Source: Phoronis australis (taxonomy: Eukaryota; Animalia; Phoronida). Taken from it: 64,000 nucleotides of DNA. Positions 26,401-41,000 of the stretch are shown here, one piece after another; positions within the stretch are counted from its first letter, which is position 1, and every line of letters begins with the position of its first letter. The notes below the pieces were generated by a model. It did no database searches, was not told the DNA's origin, and saw nothing but the letters and a program-made list of their open reading frames with translations. Location of the stretch: positions 508,790-572,789 of the forward strand of contig NMRA01000211.1 of the NCBI GenBank assembly GCA_002633005.1, given 5' to 3'. The position numbers and the translations under genes are program-made.

Positions 26401-28959
26401 GATCCATCCAGCGCTGCCGACAGATTTCAAATGTTTAAGGTAACACACGGGTGATCTAACTTCAAATGTTTAAAGATTTTTGTCAAGTTTTGTACTTAAT
26501 GAACTCATGTTCAGTTGTTCATTGAAACTTATCAAGTGAACTTATGTGGCATATGTTACACATTATGCATTGAATGTCGAATTATGGGTAACCCAGTGGT
26601 CATCTCAATTTTCTGTTTCATTTAATACAATGTTGGTGCCTCTCGTTCATTATCAATCATGCTCTCTGTGTATACTGTGCTATAGTCTTGCATCAAACTG
26701 ACTACAGCCCTTTGTACAAGTTTAATATCTGGCTCTTGATTGGTCAATCCATGATGAAGCCAACCAGAGTATTAAATCAGCTGAACACAAAAACATGCTT
26801 TTACAACCATAACTGACATAACTTGATTACCATGCATATTGCTCAGAATATCATGCGAGGAGAACATTTCACGCTATTGAAATCGTTGGGCAGCAATTGA
26901 TTTTTTATTGAAATAAGAGAGAATTTGAAATGTCCAAATACGCTTATGCATCAGGTCGTAGCTTTGTATGGTAAAATCAAAATGGCCTCCTTTTCCACTT
27001 ATTCACCAAAGTTTAATGCTAACAGGTTCGATGCGAGACCAACTGAAGTCACAAGACGGCGACACCGGCGCTATTCAAAGAGGGATTTCCTGTTTTCACC
27101 CAAACGACCTCTTACAACCCGCTCAGCCATGAAATGTGTCTGTCCAACACTTTTAAGTCCGCTGTCTTGAGCGAGTGTCCGATCAAGTTGATCAAACATA
27201 GCGATTTTTAAACCACAGCTAATAGCCCGGTGGCGCTGCGCCATTCGCTTTCTTAGCGGTTGTTCTGTTTGATTATGCAAGAGTCTTCACAATTGTCGTC
27301 ATCAAACAAAATGTGTTACACTATTCCACTTATATCACCACGCTAAGGTGCAATATTATCAGACTGCGACTTTGCTAGACAGCATTTACGTCTTTAGATC
27401 ATTTTTGACTTTAGTCTAAGATTTGTTTCAGCTTCCGCTCTTTGAATCTTCCACATCCGTTATGAAACTAAAAGTTAAGACGAATCTTTAAGTTTTATAC
27501 TAAAATTGACTGAAATTTAAGATTTGTCTTACCTAAGTCAGTTTTCTTGGAACGGGCCATTTGTTTTCAACAGTATGTCCGCCGTCTGAGAAGCAAATTA
27601 GATGAAGAAGTGTCCAAAGCTTTTAACAGCACAGTAGAGGGGTAAGTTCTATACGATTACACGCGTAATCTGTGTGTAAGTAAAAGGACCGTCCCGTATT
27701 ACACAACGACACCAAAATCGCGCTGCATTGCTGCATATCCCTCAAGCACCCCTGTAGTCTGGCGTTTCGCAGCCATTGTAGTTCCCCATGTTCTTTGTTG
27801 TTGTATTTGCAATTTTTTTGTTGGCTGCATTACTCTACTCGTCGTTCCAATGTCAACGAAATATTACGGCTGTTCTGTGGACTGGAACTATTAAAACTAC
27901 CACTTTAAAAGCGCTTGCTTTCTTCATTGGTCCTTTCTACTTCTATACATATCTTCGATGAAGCTTAGTTGTGAGACTTAAGGTGACTTTGGCGAAAAAT
28001 TCCAACTACACTTTGTGGTTGCTGTTAACTTTTTCACCACGCGCACGATAACCACAAAGGATGTCAATTGAGTCACGTGAGTTAGGCAACGGCTAGCGCG
28101 AGACTGAGCGAAGCGCGTGACCCTAGCGTGTGATACTTGCAAAATAGCATGAGAAGGTATCAGGGGAAATTTGTAAGATTTGTGTCCCTTGGACATGCGT
28201 CAACATGCGTGATTTCTCGTAACTTCCTCAAAATGGTACCCGGTAAGAGAAACTCGAGCAAACCGCGACAGATTTTCATCGATTTGTTCAAGTTATTTTG
28301 ACTGAATCGTCCCCAGACTTATGGTATGAGTTGTTTATAACTCCATGTGCATATATGCATGTTTCATTTGATTTTATTTCCTGTATTTTGAAATTCATAC
28401 CTTTTTTGGGGATGTACTATCGCCCCTGTATGCCTGCGGCATAATTGCCTAGAGACCAACGAGAGACTGTGCTTTGAATATCACTGATTTACTGTTTAAA
28501 ACTATCTTATTTTCGTAACAATTGTTAATTTTTATTTTGGTTTGAAGTCGGAGGGACGAACTGCGCTAGTTTTGAAGGTAAGTCGCCTTATATTCACTTG
28601 AACTTAGGTAATACGATCGGCCGATAAATTTTTTCTTTGTTCTGTTTACCACGCCACGCACCATGAAAAGTCGCGAGTTTAATAAGCGGCTATTTGATGT
28701 AAAATTTCGAAATATAGTTATCCATGGTTATCTTTTTTGAATCATTTCATTTTGCGCAGAATTTTTCTTTTCTGCGTCTTGTCAAACGCGCAATGCCACT
28801 TATTGCAGCAACTTTGAAGACATTCGCTGTCGTTAGGTAGCCTTGCTAGGGACGAATGCAACTGGTAACTGAATAGGATGTTCTTATCGTGGCGATTGGT
28901 ATATTGTCGAACTTGGTCCCTTAGATTAAGCATTATTATTATAATTATAATTATTATTA

Positions 28960-29018
<59 letters not shown>

Positions 29019-32000
29019 CTCATTGCATATAGTATAATAGTAATACCATGGGCAGTTTTTATTGATTAAAGTTGTAACTATACTTATGTCAATGACAAGA
29101 CAAGTGAACGCAACAAGCTGTGTAAAAATCAAGATCATGAGCTATAATATTCCTAAAAAATATACCCTACGTTTACCATATATAAATTGTAATACTGGTA
29201 GTAGAAGTTGACATCGCAAGCACTAACTTGGATTTTCTAGATATTTTTGTTTCATTGTACAGTGGACGCCACTTAGTAAATTCACATTGATTCCAAGTAG
29301 TTATTTTCATTATATGGCTGATTTTAAAAGAAATTTACGCAGGCTTCAGTGAGTCACTTCCATGCATTCTGAAGGGTGTATTTGTAAAACGGTGTCCATT
29401 GCATTTGATTTTTGTTTATTTTATGAATGTTTTAACATTGGTTTCTAATGCAGGGCCAGCCATGTCTACATCTTCAGATGAAGAGCAGGAGCCCATCCTT
29501 ACCTTGGTGGAACTTCGAACATGGCAGAAAAGAGACCTGGAGGCTTGGCTAGTGAGGTGAAGTTCAAAGAAAAGTTGGAATAAGGATGTGTCAATAGCAC
29601 GAATTTTGAGGACACTTTCTTGCCATGAAGGGGACTCGGATGTCAGTTCAGACATTGAGTTAAGCAAAACTGCAGACCTCCCTGGCCAGCTTCATTGAAT
29701 GAAGGATGGATCTCAGTTAGAGAAGATGTCTTACCGGCATTGCGGAAACAAGACGTCGAGAACTATTTTTTTGTTTCACAAGAGTCCCTCTTGTGCTACT
29801 AGTAGATGTTCTCGCCTGTTGAGTCATTCTTCCGACATTTGTTCTTCCATTCAATCAGTGAGAACTGCGAATTCTGTTACATCAAAGCGGAGTGCTATCC
29901 GTCGATGAAAGGGAGCGTCCAGGTTGGAAGCGAGACAAGCGAGGTCTTCAGTCTTCACGTGTCTCTCGCCAAGTTGACAGGTGGTGTAAGGAATTGCCAG
30001 TGCAACAGTCTGGACAATCCGGAGTATGTAGCCATGACAGTGGACTGTTACTGGTTTTGGTAAAAGTGAAGAATGCATGTACATCAGTTGCTTGTCTGTG
30101 GAACGCCCCAACCAAAAAACCAGCTGGTGCCCTTCAGCCTGTGCCTCTTGAAAGAATTCATTTTGTTAACACAGAGAACATGAGCCAGCCACCAGCAGTC
30201 AAGCCATATCCTGAAGTGTACCAAGCTGGTCATTGCAAAGAGCCAGAGATATTTTGCAAGACATTTTGGACCACCTGGGTGATGTGAATCCAGAGTGCGC
30301 TATGTTCAAGACAATGAAGAGCAATGCTGGTGAGTTTGCACAAATAACTGCGGAGTTTGCACCAAACAGCCAGTGTCGAGATGCAATTGATTTACGAAGT
30401 GTAGAGTGTGTGTTCAAGTTTGATGAGTTCTTAAACAATCTTAGCATTTCTGTTGACGAGGCAATATTTATCGAAAAAGTTACAAAGGGGCAATCTAGCA
30501 ATCAATACTGGAAAACTCTGAGGACATCTGCTTTAACATCATCAAATTTTGGTGAGATTTGTAAACGACGAGAGACAACGGCCCCGGAAAATCTTTTTGC
30601 CAAGCTACGTGGGTACAAGCACGCGCCAGAAGTCTTCGTTATGAGGATCAGGCACGTCGCATGTATGCCCAGCATCACATGAAGATTTGTGGCAAAAAGG
30701 TAAGTTTAACGCAAATCCTAAGTAATTATTTTGTGCAGAATGATAAATTGCTAATAGTACTATTTTTATTTGAAGCACATGACTTGGTAGCACACGTTTA
30801 CTGCCACCTGAAAATAAGCATAAACAAAGCTACTCTCATTTTGAACTGCATGCAGACAAAATGAATTATGAATGTATTTAGAAGGTGAAAATTTGCACTA
30901 ATACGTATTTCGTGTCTTTTCACAGGTGAGCAGTGAGCAGAGAGGACTGCAGATCAATCCAAATACCCGTACCTGGGCAGCAGTGTTGTCGGTGTAGTAA
31001 AATGCGTTAAGAGTGGTGAAGGAGTCTTGGAAATAGTGTCCATGTAGCTGGGACAAGTCACCGTGGAGAAATATGCATCCAACAGACTGTGCTAAGGACG
31101 CAAACGCTTTTTGTTCTCTCATCGATGGTGAACTTTCCCTTAAGTATGGACACAACTATACGTATCAGGTGATGGGAGAGATGGCCATTTGCGACGTAGA
31201 CTGTCGTGTGGACAAAAAAGGCATTGCTGTGGAGCGCGTTCATTTCAACTTAGATATGTGGGAATCTGTTAAGTTACCAGGAAAGAGGTCGTTTTATAAG
31301 GATTTCATGATCCCGGAATTATTTAGCAGTCGTATAGAGAGAAATAAGAAACTGTTCAGTTAAATTTGTGGACATATTGTAGTAATGTGTAGTAATTGTA
31401 ATTTTCAACTTGTTGTGTTTTGACAAATATGCAACTCTGATTATTTTCACCCAAAGTTTGTTTTTCTTTAGTTAGTGTTTATATACAGGCATTTAAAATT
31501 GGACTATGTGAAAGGTGAAATGTTTTAAGAAGATGTCGAATTTTGAACTATTACCACCTTCACGATTTTTTTCTCAGTCAGTGTTTGGGATTAAAGGTAA
31601 TATGCAAAATTGATAAGTTAAAAATGTGTACACTTCACCTTTAAATAAGAATGCCCTCCTGCTTTTGAATTGGGTATTAAATAAAGGAATTCCAGAAGTA
31701 TATGGTAAATGTATTTAATGACGAAACCAGATGAAAATCTAACAAGATTACTCAAAAGTCTACTTGAGCAGAGGTGGCAGGAAGTTGGTCCAGGCTGTAC
31801 ATATAAAAATCATCTGCTCAATCAAATGTGCCTCACTGAGTGGAATTTTTCCTTGTAATACTCGATAGTTCTTTATCTGTTCCATCTTAATCTCAACCAC
31901 GATACGGGCTGACGCAATATGCTGTGTGTTGAAAAACTCTTATGATGTCATCTGTCCTTGGCTACTTATTCTAGGTGGGACATTCAACCCTATACCAGGG

Positions 32001-35000
32001 CCCAATAAATCTCCCACTGTGAAACCTTCGTCAGCCATAATCACATCCCCTGGCTAAGCGAGAGCACCTGTTCAGATGTTGCCCAGGGTATCAAAGCTTT
32101 AGATTGATCGAAAATGAAATTTAATCATGTGTTCATGATTCTCGAAACGGTAGACTCCACAGTAAAAAACATATATGCAATGTGTTTCTGAAGGAGCCCT
32201 AGTCGCAATCGTAGGCAAACCATCAAAAACTCATTAAAAGGTCGAAGATTTCTTTGCGGTCTAGTTTTTTTGGCATTCTGAGGTGTGTATGGTTTTTCGG
32301 CCGCTCAGTTCGTCTTCTTCTCACCATCCCAGTAAGTCAGTTTATCAGCAACTTCTTGACATGACTTTCAAATGTTAAAAAGAACATGTTCAAGTTTACA
32401 AAACCGGTGTAGAACCGTATATTGTCCTCAGTGAAGTCCTCAGCCACAAGAACTGGTAGATTGCATTGAATACCAATATCTACATGCTGTGGAGGACAAC
32501 ATGGCCTGTTTCCAACTTCCTCACAATCTATGTTCATTGTACTTTCACCCTCACAATCGACATCTCCACAAAATTCCTGTCTAACCAAGGGCTCTTCCAC
32601 AACAGAAGTGTCCACGGAATTGGGCTTTCCATGGTAAACTATTTGACGCCTGGGAGCAGCAACTTGCGATTGTTGCTTACTAGAAAAAATGGTGGGTATG
32701 TTGCTTCTTGGAGCAAAGTGTTCAGAGCATACTCTTGTCCCACCATTCAAAATTAAATTTTTCGGTAGCTGAATCCATAGCTTTTGAAGTTCTGTTTTGG
32801 CAGGTATTCTATATGATGTCACTTTTTATCACTGTCTAAAACAGTAGCCGACGTGTTGTGACACAACGGTACACAGGAGTATCTCTAACCACCCATGCTT
32901 GAACAGTAAGATTAATCAATGGTGAACAGGCCGTAACGTGATTTTAAAAAATAAGCAGACCCAAAGCAGTACGTAACAAAGAAATATAATAATCCAAAGA
33001 ACTGATGCGCACGCCGAACAGCGCGTTGACCTATATAATGAAAAGCGCCGACGATAAAGAAGACACCATATTCCACGGCACTGTTCAGCTACAGACGTGC
33101 CACATGTGTTTGGTCAGCGCAGAAAAGTACGTGTCCAATTTCGCATAACGTGCCAATTATAATTTTTATGTGAAACGATTATCTATTTCCACAAGTACGA
33201 TTGATATTATAACGCCCGAAGTTGCCGTAAAACTTTATTTTGCGCCTGCGATTGCTAAACACGCTCGTAAGTAACCTATTTCAAGCCAGAATTTGACTAA
33301 TAAATAACAACAACAATGTAGAAATCCGACTCACATGTATTACAAATACTTTACTGAATACAAGGGAACTAATAACTTAATACAGAAGGTACGCATCGTA
33401 AAATTTTAATAACAGCACTGACGAGAAGCCCAAGCCCCAATGAATGTTTGGATCGTTTCATGACCGGAACTACCCAATGCGCCAGCGACACCTACAGGGG
33501 TAAGATATTACTGCTAATCTCGTGAGACAGCCATTCCGATACTGCAAAAAGTTGAAATTGGGAATATTTCCGCAGTGACGCTCCTTGACGGTTTCTACGT
33601 GACCTATGAAAATGTACCTGACATTCCAAAAGTAGATCCATGAGCTCGCTTTTTACCTCCTGGGCAAATGAGCGCTCTATCCGCCGTATGTAATCCGGGA
33701 CGGCCCCATTAGTTAGACACGTCGGTACAGAGAGTAGAAGAAATTGTGATAACACTCAAATCTCTAAAATTATTTAGTTCGTTCGGTTCTAATGATAAAA
33801 CCTCTGTTGGTCATATGTCCAGGGTGGTGTATAAATTTGTTTATGCTGGTTGTGGTTCTAGCTGTAATGGTACAACAAAGGATCTCAAAGTCGGTGAATT
33901 AATTCACATCAGCTGGCTCAAACCTGAGCTGAATAAGCACCTGGCGCACAGCAGGCTGTCAGTGGTCTTACGAATTGTCTTGAATGTTTTGTTGCTGTGA
34001 TGCGTGCTGATAGCTCTACTGTGCCCTGTGTGGGTCAAGACTGTTAGATGGTCTTGATTGCTTGTCCTGATGATGACGTTTGAAGAATCTCGTTGTTTCG
34101 GTATGATACTCTCATGTGCTTCAACTGTGTATACTCAAAACAGGCATGTCAGTGACGCTGATATGCAAAATGTAAAACTTTGAGTATCTTCAAAAAATAT
34201 GTATCCATTTTATCTATTGGACCTTTGTTGGACAGACAGTCCACCGGGCTTAGTTTCGTATGTATTTGAATGCGTAAATTCAATGAATGCAGGTATGCTT
34301 CTTTTAAATTCATTCAGGTAGCCATTATCTTACAGTATACTGATGCCAATATGTCGGGGCTCATCTGTTTCGAATTATACTGTCCTTGGAGATCACAGGC
34401 TACTACAAACGGATTATGACAGCTTGGTGTTCCATCAAACATCTAAATACCAGGATGTGAAGATAGTTCATTCAAAGTCGCTCGGAAATGCATTGCTGCT
34501 GGACGAGGAAATTAGTGAGTTTGTTTATTTCAGTTTTCCGTCCTTTCCAGCTTAAGCCGGTTGCTCATTCGGAGCCTCATGCAGCGCCACTTTTGGGAAC
34601 CACGTTTTGACTCAGTGTTGTTGTTTCGTTTTTTTGCACACGCACACAAAATCTTTTAGCCGTCATCTCCGCCTGTCTGTCCGGCGTCCGCTGCTGTATC
34701 TCCAAAACTCCTCAATGAATGCCATCATGTATGGGACGGCATGAAGGGATTTTTGGGCGGACCCGACCACTACTGTGCCCGCTGGTGGCACTTTCATATT
34801 TTACGTTTGCCACTGTATTTTTGCAGTTCCTCCCTAAAAAATGGTGGAGGTGGCCTGATGCCGTTTGCGGTACATCAGGCGTGTTTAGGCCACAAGGCCG
34901 GGCCCATTACACTGATCACCTGATTATGACTCGTGGGGACACGACATCACCGGATTCCTGGATTCCTCATGGGTGAAATCTTCCAATCTGCCTGTTTGTT

Positions 35001-38000
35001 TCAGAAAGACAGAAAGACTATTAAACCTGTAAGAACTGTCAATGTAAACCAGGCAGGTTATGTGTCCATCAAGTAGTAGATTACGGTGTCTGTAATTGTA
35101 GGCAGGGCAAATCTCCACCACACGTTGCGGAGTCTTGGCCTCCAAGCCACAGCTGGGACGCAATGAACATGCCATGTGGCCTCCCTGGTTAGGCAAATAG
35201 GTATCTATGAGAAGGCGGTGGCGCTTTCTTGTTTTCGGTTGGATTCGACATATTCTGCGTCACCTAGGAGCCATTTTTCTGTTTTCTTGACTATTTTTGG
35301 CGTGCGCCTCTGACGTTCAAACCACTCTGTATATGATTATGAAAATTGGCGTGCGTGTTCCAACTGGAAAGAGCATGGATGACGATAATTTTCGGACGGC
35401 GTCTGTTGACAGTGTTGTTTTCATCCTCATCTGTATCTATTGAACCTCTGGCAGGAATGGTTAAACTAGGCAAGTCTAACCAACAACAGATGGTGACGAC
35501 TTTCGGATGGATCCTACAACCGCTGTCTCGCGTTTGCTCTACATCTTCGGCGTTCTTTGACATTTGGCAAATAGGTTTCTATTAAAGAAACGATGACACC
35601 TTCCCATTCGGGATAGTTTCGACGCATTGCACGCCACCTAGTTGCCATTTTCATCATTTTAGTCTGGTTTTTGGCGTCTTTCTCTATCGGACAAACCGCT
35701 TTATGGATCATTGTGGAAATTGACATGTGTGTTCCTACTGGGAAGCACACAGTCGACGATGATTTTAGTACGGCTCTAACTACTGTGGCAACCCTACTCT
35801 CAGTTTTGTTTTTTTAAGTCCGTGGCTGCATCTGCTATACCTCTTATAGGATCTTTGACTGGTGCGTTTCTGGGAAAGTGACAACGGATGAACTCGAATT
35901 TCGTACGTCATCTGACTACCGTTGTGCTTCCTAGTGGCAGTTTTAGTTTTGTACCATGTTCCTCCGAATCTTGTCGGATTTTCACGAAAATATGGCAAAC
36001 AGACACATATTAGAAAAGACAATAATACCATACTATTTTCGGATGGACTGGACGTATTGAATGCCACCTCTTGGTCATTTTTATCATTTTTATGGGCCAA
36101 ACTTCTCAAAGTATCACTGCGAAAATTGCAGTCAATTATGTGTTCCTACTGAAAAATGTATAGCTGACAATGATTTTTGAACGGGTGCGACTGCAGCGGC
36201 ACCCTCTTGACACAATTTTGTTTTTTTTTTGCCTGTGGCTGAATACAACTCCTCTATGGATCATCATAATAATTGGCATGTGCATCTACTGACGTGGATC
36301 TTGGGGAAAACAACCGACTACTGCGATTTGGTTTTTCTTTGTGTTTGCCTTGATATCTACTGAGTTTCTTGATGGACGTTCATGAACTTTGGCAAATAAG
36401 ACATAAAGACCACAACACCCGCAATATTTCAGATGGATTTGACCTACGTTGCGCCCCCCTACTGTCTGTTCTGTTGTTTTTGTGTCCTTTATCGTCGGTC
36501 GCGTAAAATAATGGTCATCTCTTGTAACTATGCTGAATGTGATGCACACGGTGGGCCAATATCAACCCTTCACTTATCTGTTCTTTTAATGTGTTGCGTT
36601 GACACCGCCGCTCATGGGATGTATGACATAACAGCTGGCTGTAAACAGTAACTGCACAAATATTGGGTCCTCAGTAGCTCAGTGGTAAGAGCACTAGACC
36701 CGAAATCTAGAGACCTGTGGTTCGATTCCCAGTTGGGGCTCCTGATTTTTCTGTGTTTATTTGATATGTTTCAATACTGGCCAACCTCAGCGTCCATATA
36801 TGTACTTTTCATAGTTAGGGCTCGTTTGACTTAAGATCAGCATATTCCGATAAGCCAAGTTTCATTCACATTGAAATTGGAAATTTGTTTTTCATTTTTA
36901 CTCAGGTGTTTCACATATAACGGATTAAAACGTAGCTTTTCTTTTAAGCATATGGGTCTTACATGTCTGTAATGGGTAGAAACTCTAAAGAAGTCATCAT
37001 AAACGATACGATGATTTCTCCCAAAACCGATTCTGCCAGCAGCTGTCACTGTACAGTTAGTAGATTTCGAAACAGACTTTAAGAGATTAAAGCATCGCTT
37101 AAACCGTTTCACTGTACAATTTAGGGGACGTCATGGTCCGATTTTGTCAGTATTTTCTCTCAGACGTGGATAAACTCACCCTAAGCGTGAGAAACCGCAA
37201 TGGTCGATTTAGCAACTTTTGTAAGACGTAGGCTAGTGAAACTTGTCCCACGATGAACAAGGGTTGCAGAGCATTAGGTTGTTTCAAGGAATAAAATGTC
37301 CGTGTCGTAAATATCAGATCATAGATTAAAAAATAGCTATCGCTTTTAAGGGACGATTCCTTTTTAATGATCAATATTTACTTGTCTTTTTAAGTGCTCA
37401 GCGAAGGCGACTTAATCTACACGGAGACTCTACTGGGATTTAACCGAAACGAAGACTATTTAAACAAAGAAATTCTCATACTTGGCGGTGGCGACGGAGG
37501 GATTCTAAACGAGCTTTTGAAACGTCAACCTAAATTCGTTACAATGGCTGAAGTATCCTTTTGACTAGTAATGTACAACCTACTGAATCAATTTAATTTT
37601 ATTGTCTCTCTTCTCTGTCGTGATAATATGTAGTATTTAAAGAAAGAGAAAAATCGATGAGTAGCGCCAATTACAGTCTAACTTCGATTGAAGAAAATTC
37701 CTTCGCACTTGACAGCTTTAATCATAGCTAATACACGAAAGCTTGTTTTAGTGTTTGCCCTTTTCTTTCTTCCGTGTCTTAGGGGTTGGCCCACAAAGGT
37801 AAGTAACGAGCTTTATGCTGCCCATGGTCTCTATCCACATAACAAAAACACCAGAACAGCTAGTGAACCAAATTATTTCCTAAATACATCGAATAAACAA
37901 ACGGTTGATAGAAGCTGGAAAATAAAAAATAAGAACACTTAAAATCTAGATATAAACTAGAAAAATCAATAAAAGTCGTTTAAGAAAATAGCCGTTGAAC

Positions 38001-41000
38001 CCGTTTAAGAGATTTGCCGAACAACGGGCCTGAGAAGACAGCTACGAAATCGTTGAAAGCACACGTGCGTTAATCAAGGCAAACTACTTAACGAGTCAAT
38101 TTATGACAAATAGCTACCCGACCCACAACAAATTGCAACAAAAGGTTTTACAGTGGTTTTATGCTCTACTGCGTGTACTTATTAACTGGAAAAAGTCAAC
38201 CAAAATCTGACCACCCGATATGGGTTAAAACTGAGTCATTTCCAAGATGGCCGCCACGACGTTTCGAAATCACCAAAATAGATATAATTTCTTCAATAAC
38301 TGAGATAGAGACATAATTTTTGGTTCTAGTCTATGGTTTTAAGGGGTGAGCAACTCGCTGGCGTGGTTAAAATTAAGATATGATCAGTATTTGATATGAA
38401 ATTCAAGATGGCGGCTAAAATTCAAAACACAAATCACTGATTTGTCCATTATATCGGGTGGTCAAAGAAACATTTCAGATTTTAACCTATATTTTTTCTA
38501 AAAAACATTCATTGAAACTGCACGAAATTTTGCACATGTGCATATCAATCTATTGTTAGTACACCGTAAAAAATATAATGATACACTGTAATTTCGCTCC
38601 AAGACAGAAAAGATACTTGTATAACCCAAAAAGTCAATGACAAATTAGCCTACAAAGAGTTGTTACCAAGGATGGTGATGCTTAGCAATAAATTTATTCA
38701 GAAGTATGTTTTCAAGGGTTTTGTAATAGTCTGTTGGGTGCTACATTTTGCAAAGTCATGGTGTTTTCAAGTCCTGAGAGTGAGCTAATTGGGGTTAATT
38801 ACAACATGTTTTACTCAAAGCCTTGACTGCAATCTAATGAACTACAGCGTTTGGAATGCACTGACAGAGAATTTGTACCAAGGTATAGATTGTGTTATGC
38901 TCAATAACTTAAGGTTGCAAAAATTCCCCTTTACTAAAAGGCATATGTCAGTATCAAAATGACTGAACAACATGTGCTAATAAAGTACTTATTCGTCGAC
39001 ATGACGCATGAACGAGTAGGTTTCATTTTCATCCAAGACTGTTATGTTCATTACACGTATGCATACTGCCTCAGATCAACCCTCATCACTGTCTTCACGT
39101 TCCTCAGAAATTTGATTTTGGAAATTGTCACAATATGTCGCTGGGCACAATCTACATGCACATGTACATGCAAGCCCATTCTTTCTGGAACTGCACCGGG
39201 GCATGCTACCACCTGTAGTACAGTTGCAGTTTTTCATCTAGAGGAGTGTCTGGTATAGCATTCATGGCAGTTATGATGTGTACGAATTGATTGTCTTTAA
39301 GTCTCCTGCCCCAGTGTAAGGATCCCGGTCATTTGCCATCCCCATCCAAACCATGATACTTGAGACAATGAAACCTGGTGGCTGATTCCGTTGGTGGAAG
39401 ACGTTTGGGAGTAGCGAAAGACTTAGCAGCAGCAAGCTTCTTTGTGAATATGTTGTAATGCACGGCAAACCAGAGAACACCTGCTCTCTCCACCAAACAT
39501 TGCCACCATCGCTTGGCTGACAAGTTTCTCTCAGCGGGGCTCACACCTTTCGTGGTGAATGTGTCTGCGCATGACTGGAAAACTTGGTCATCTTCCACGA
39601 GTTTCTGAGAGGCTGAAGTCTTCCCAGCGCCATATACACGAGACGTTGAGTTGCATCCTGTGAAGGAGGACAGGAATAGTAGCTGGGTACACAATTCAAT
39701 CCTGAGCACACACCTCATCCAATTTATGTCGTATACTTTCAGATCGGTTTTTGACTTTTGTCTGATCTGAAAAATAGTGATTTCCCGTCAGCCATACAGT
39801 AATGGAGTATAAACATCAACAAGTCAGTGTCCTCGCCGATTAGGCCTACTGTGGTGGAATGCATATTATACTGTTTACTGTTGTCTTTGCAATGTCCACA
39901 TCAGCGTCTCCATCTGTGCATCCCACTTCCTGCAGCTGGTCACTTATTAAGGCGATCAGTTGTTGCTTGTTACTGCCAGTGGGCAGGAACTCATCTCCCT
40001 TAACCATCAAATTCCGTTTCTCCGGTGAAGTTCACAGTTGGATAGCTGCTGGTCTGTCTCCGTCTCTGTGTTATCCTTAACAGAAAGACCTGCACCATAA
40101 CCATCAAAGACAACAGTGCCTGCCTCAGATTACTTTGCCGTGAAGTCAGCGTATGCTTTGACATTTTTTTCCACAGGTATATATAGTCTTCCATTTGAGC
40201 TTGCGCAGAAAAGATCCCCCATCAAGCACATACCTTTCAGTCTGGAGACGTACTGAAGGTGTGGAGTTTGGTGCTCCTTCAAAAGCATGGGCCGTAGAAC
40301 AGCGGTCATAAACGGCTTGAACCAGTTGAGATCTTTCAGCCTTCTTCAGGTTGTCCTCATAGAGAGACTGTAGGTGTGGACTGAGCTTGAAACTCACAAC
40401 TTCCTCAAGAGACGAGTCGTCTTACCGGAATACCACCAGGGATGGCGGAAAGAGTAAGCGAGGATCGATGGTTCCGTCAGGACCAACCTGGTCTGCAGCT
40501 GCGTTTCCCAGGGTCTTAGAATTCTCTCTCTCCTCTTAAAAGAGAAAGAAAACATAGGTTGTCGAACCATTCTCTCAATTATTTTGTTCCCATCAGATTG
40601 ATATCCATGCACGTTGACGTCTGCGTTGGCGACAACACCATTAATGACATTGCGTAGCGCAGGGTCTGAGGAGCAGGTTGAAAATGCGGTCAGCTTTGTG
40701 CTTATCTTTGCAAAGTCGCATGCATCTCTTCAATTCTGGCAGCAGTTGCTTGTTTGTTTTGTTCGCATGTTGTGTGCGTGAGTGAGGTCACTAGAGTCCT
40801 GCAAGGTGATGTTCACCTCTGACGTTACGGGGACCGACATTGTCCACAATGCTCGCTGCTCATCTTACTGCCATGAGTCAAGCCGCCTGTGCCTTTTAGC
40901 CTTCGCATTTAGTATTTTTTAAATGGCTAGATCACAGCTGAGGCCTGCCAAAAACTGGTTTGTTCGCCGAATCATACGAAAGCCATTCTTGAAACTTCGC

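Larger units (their letters stand above)
28875..33069. mobile_element. ISL2EU-type (PIF/Harbinger-related) DNA transposon, decayed, in SMS intron 4
   Basis: Convergent THAP-DDE transposase and SAP/SWIM/YqaJ nuclease remnants. Imperfect TIRs AGGATGTTCTTATCGTGGCG (28875) and CGCCGACGATAAAGAAGACACCAT (to 33069), each flanked by AT. Boundaries moderately certain. Confidence 0.75.

Noticed and set aside
28742-29138. Poly-Ile / poly-Asn ORFs
   Set aside because: Translation artefacts of the (ATT)n microsatellite.
36666-36740. Functional tRNA gene
   Set aside because: Poor acceptor stem, no U33 and a mismatched T-stem; more consistent with a SINE head.
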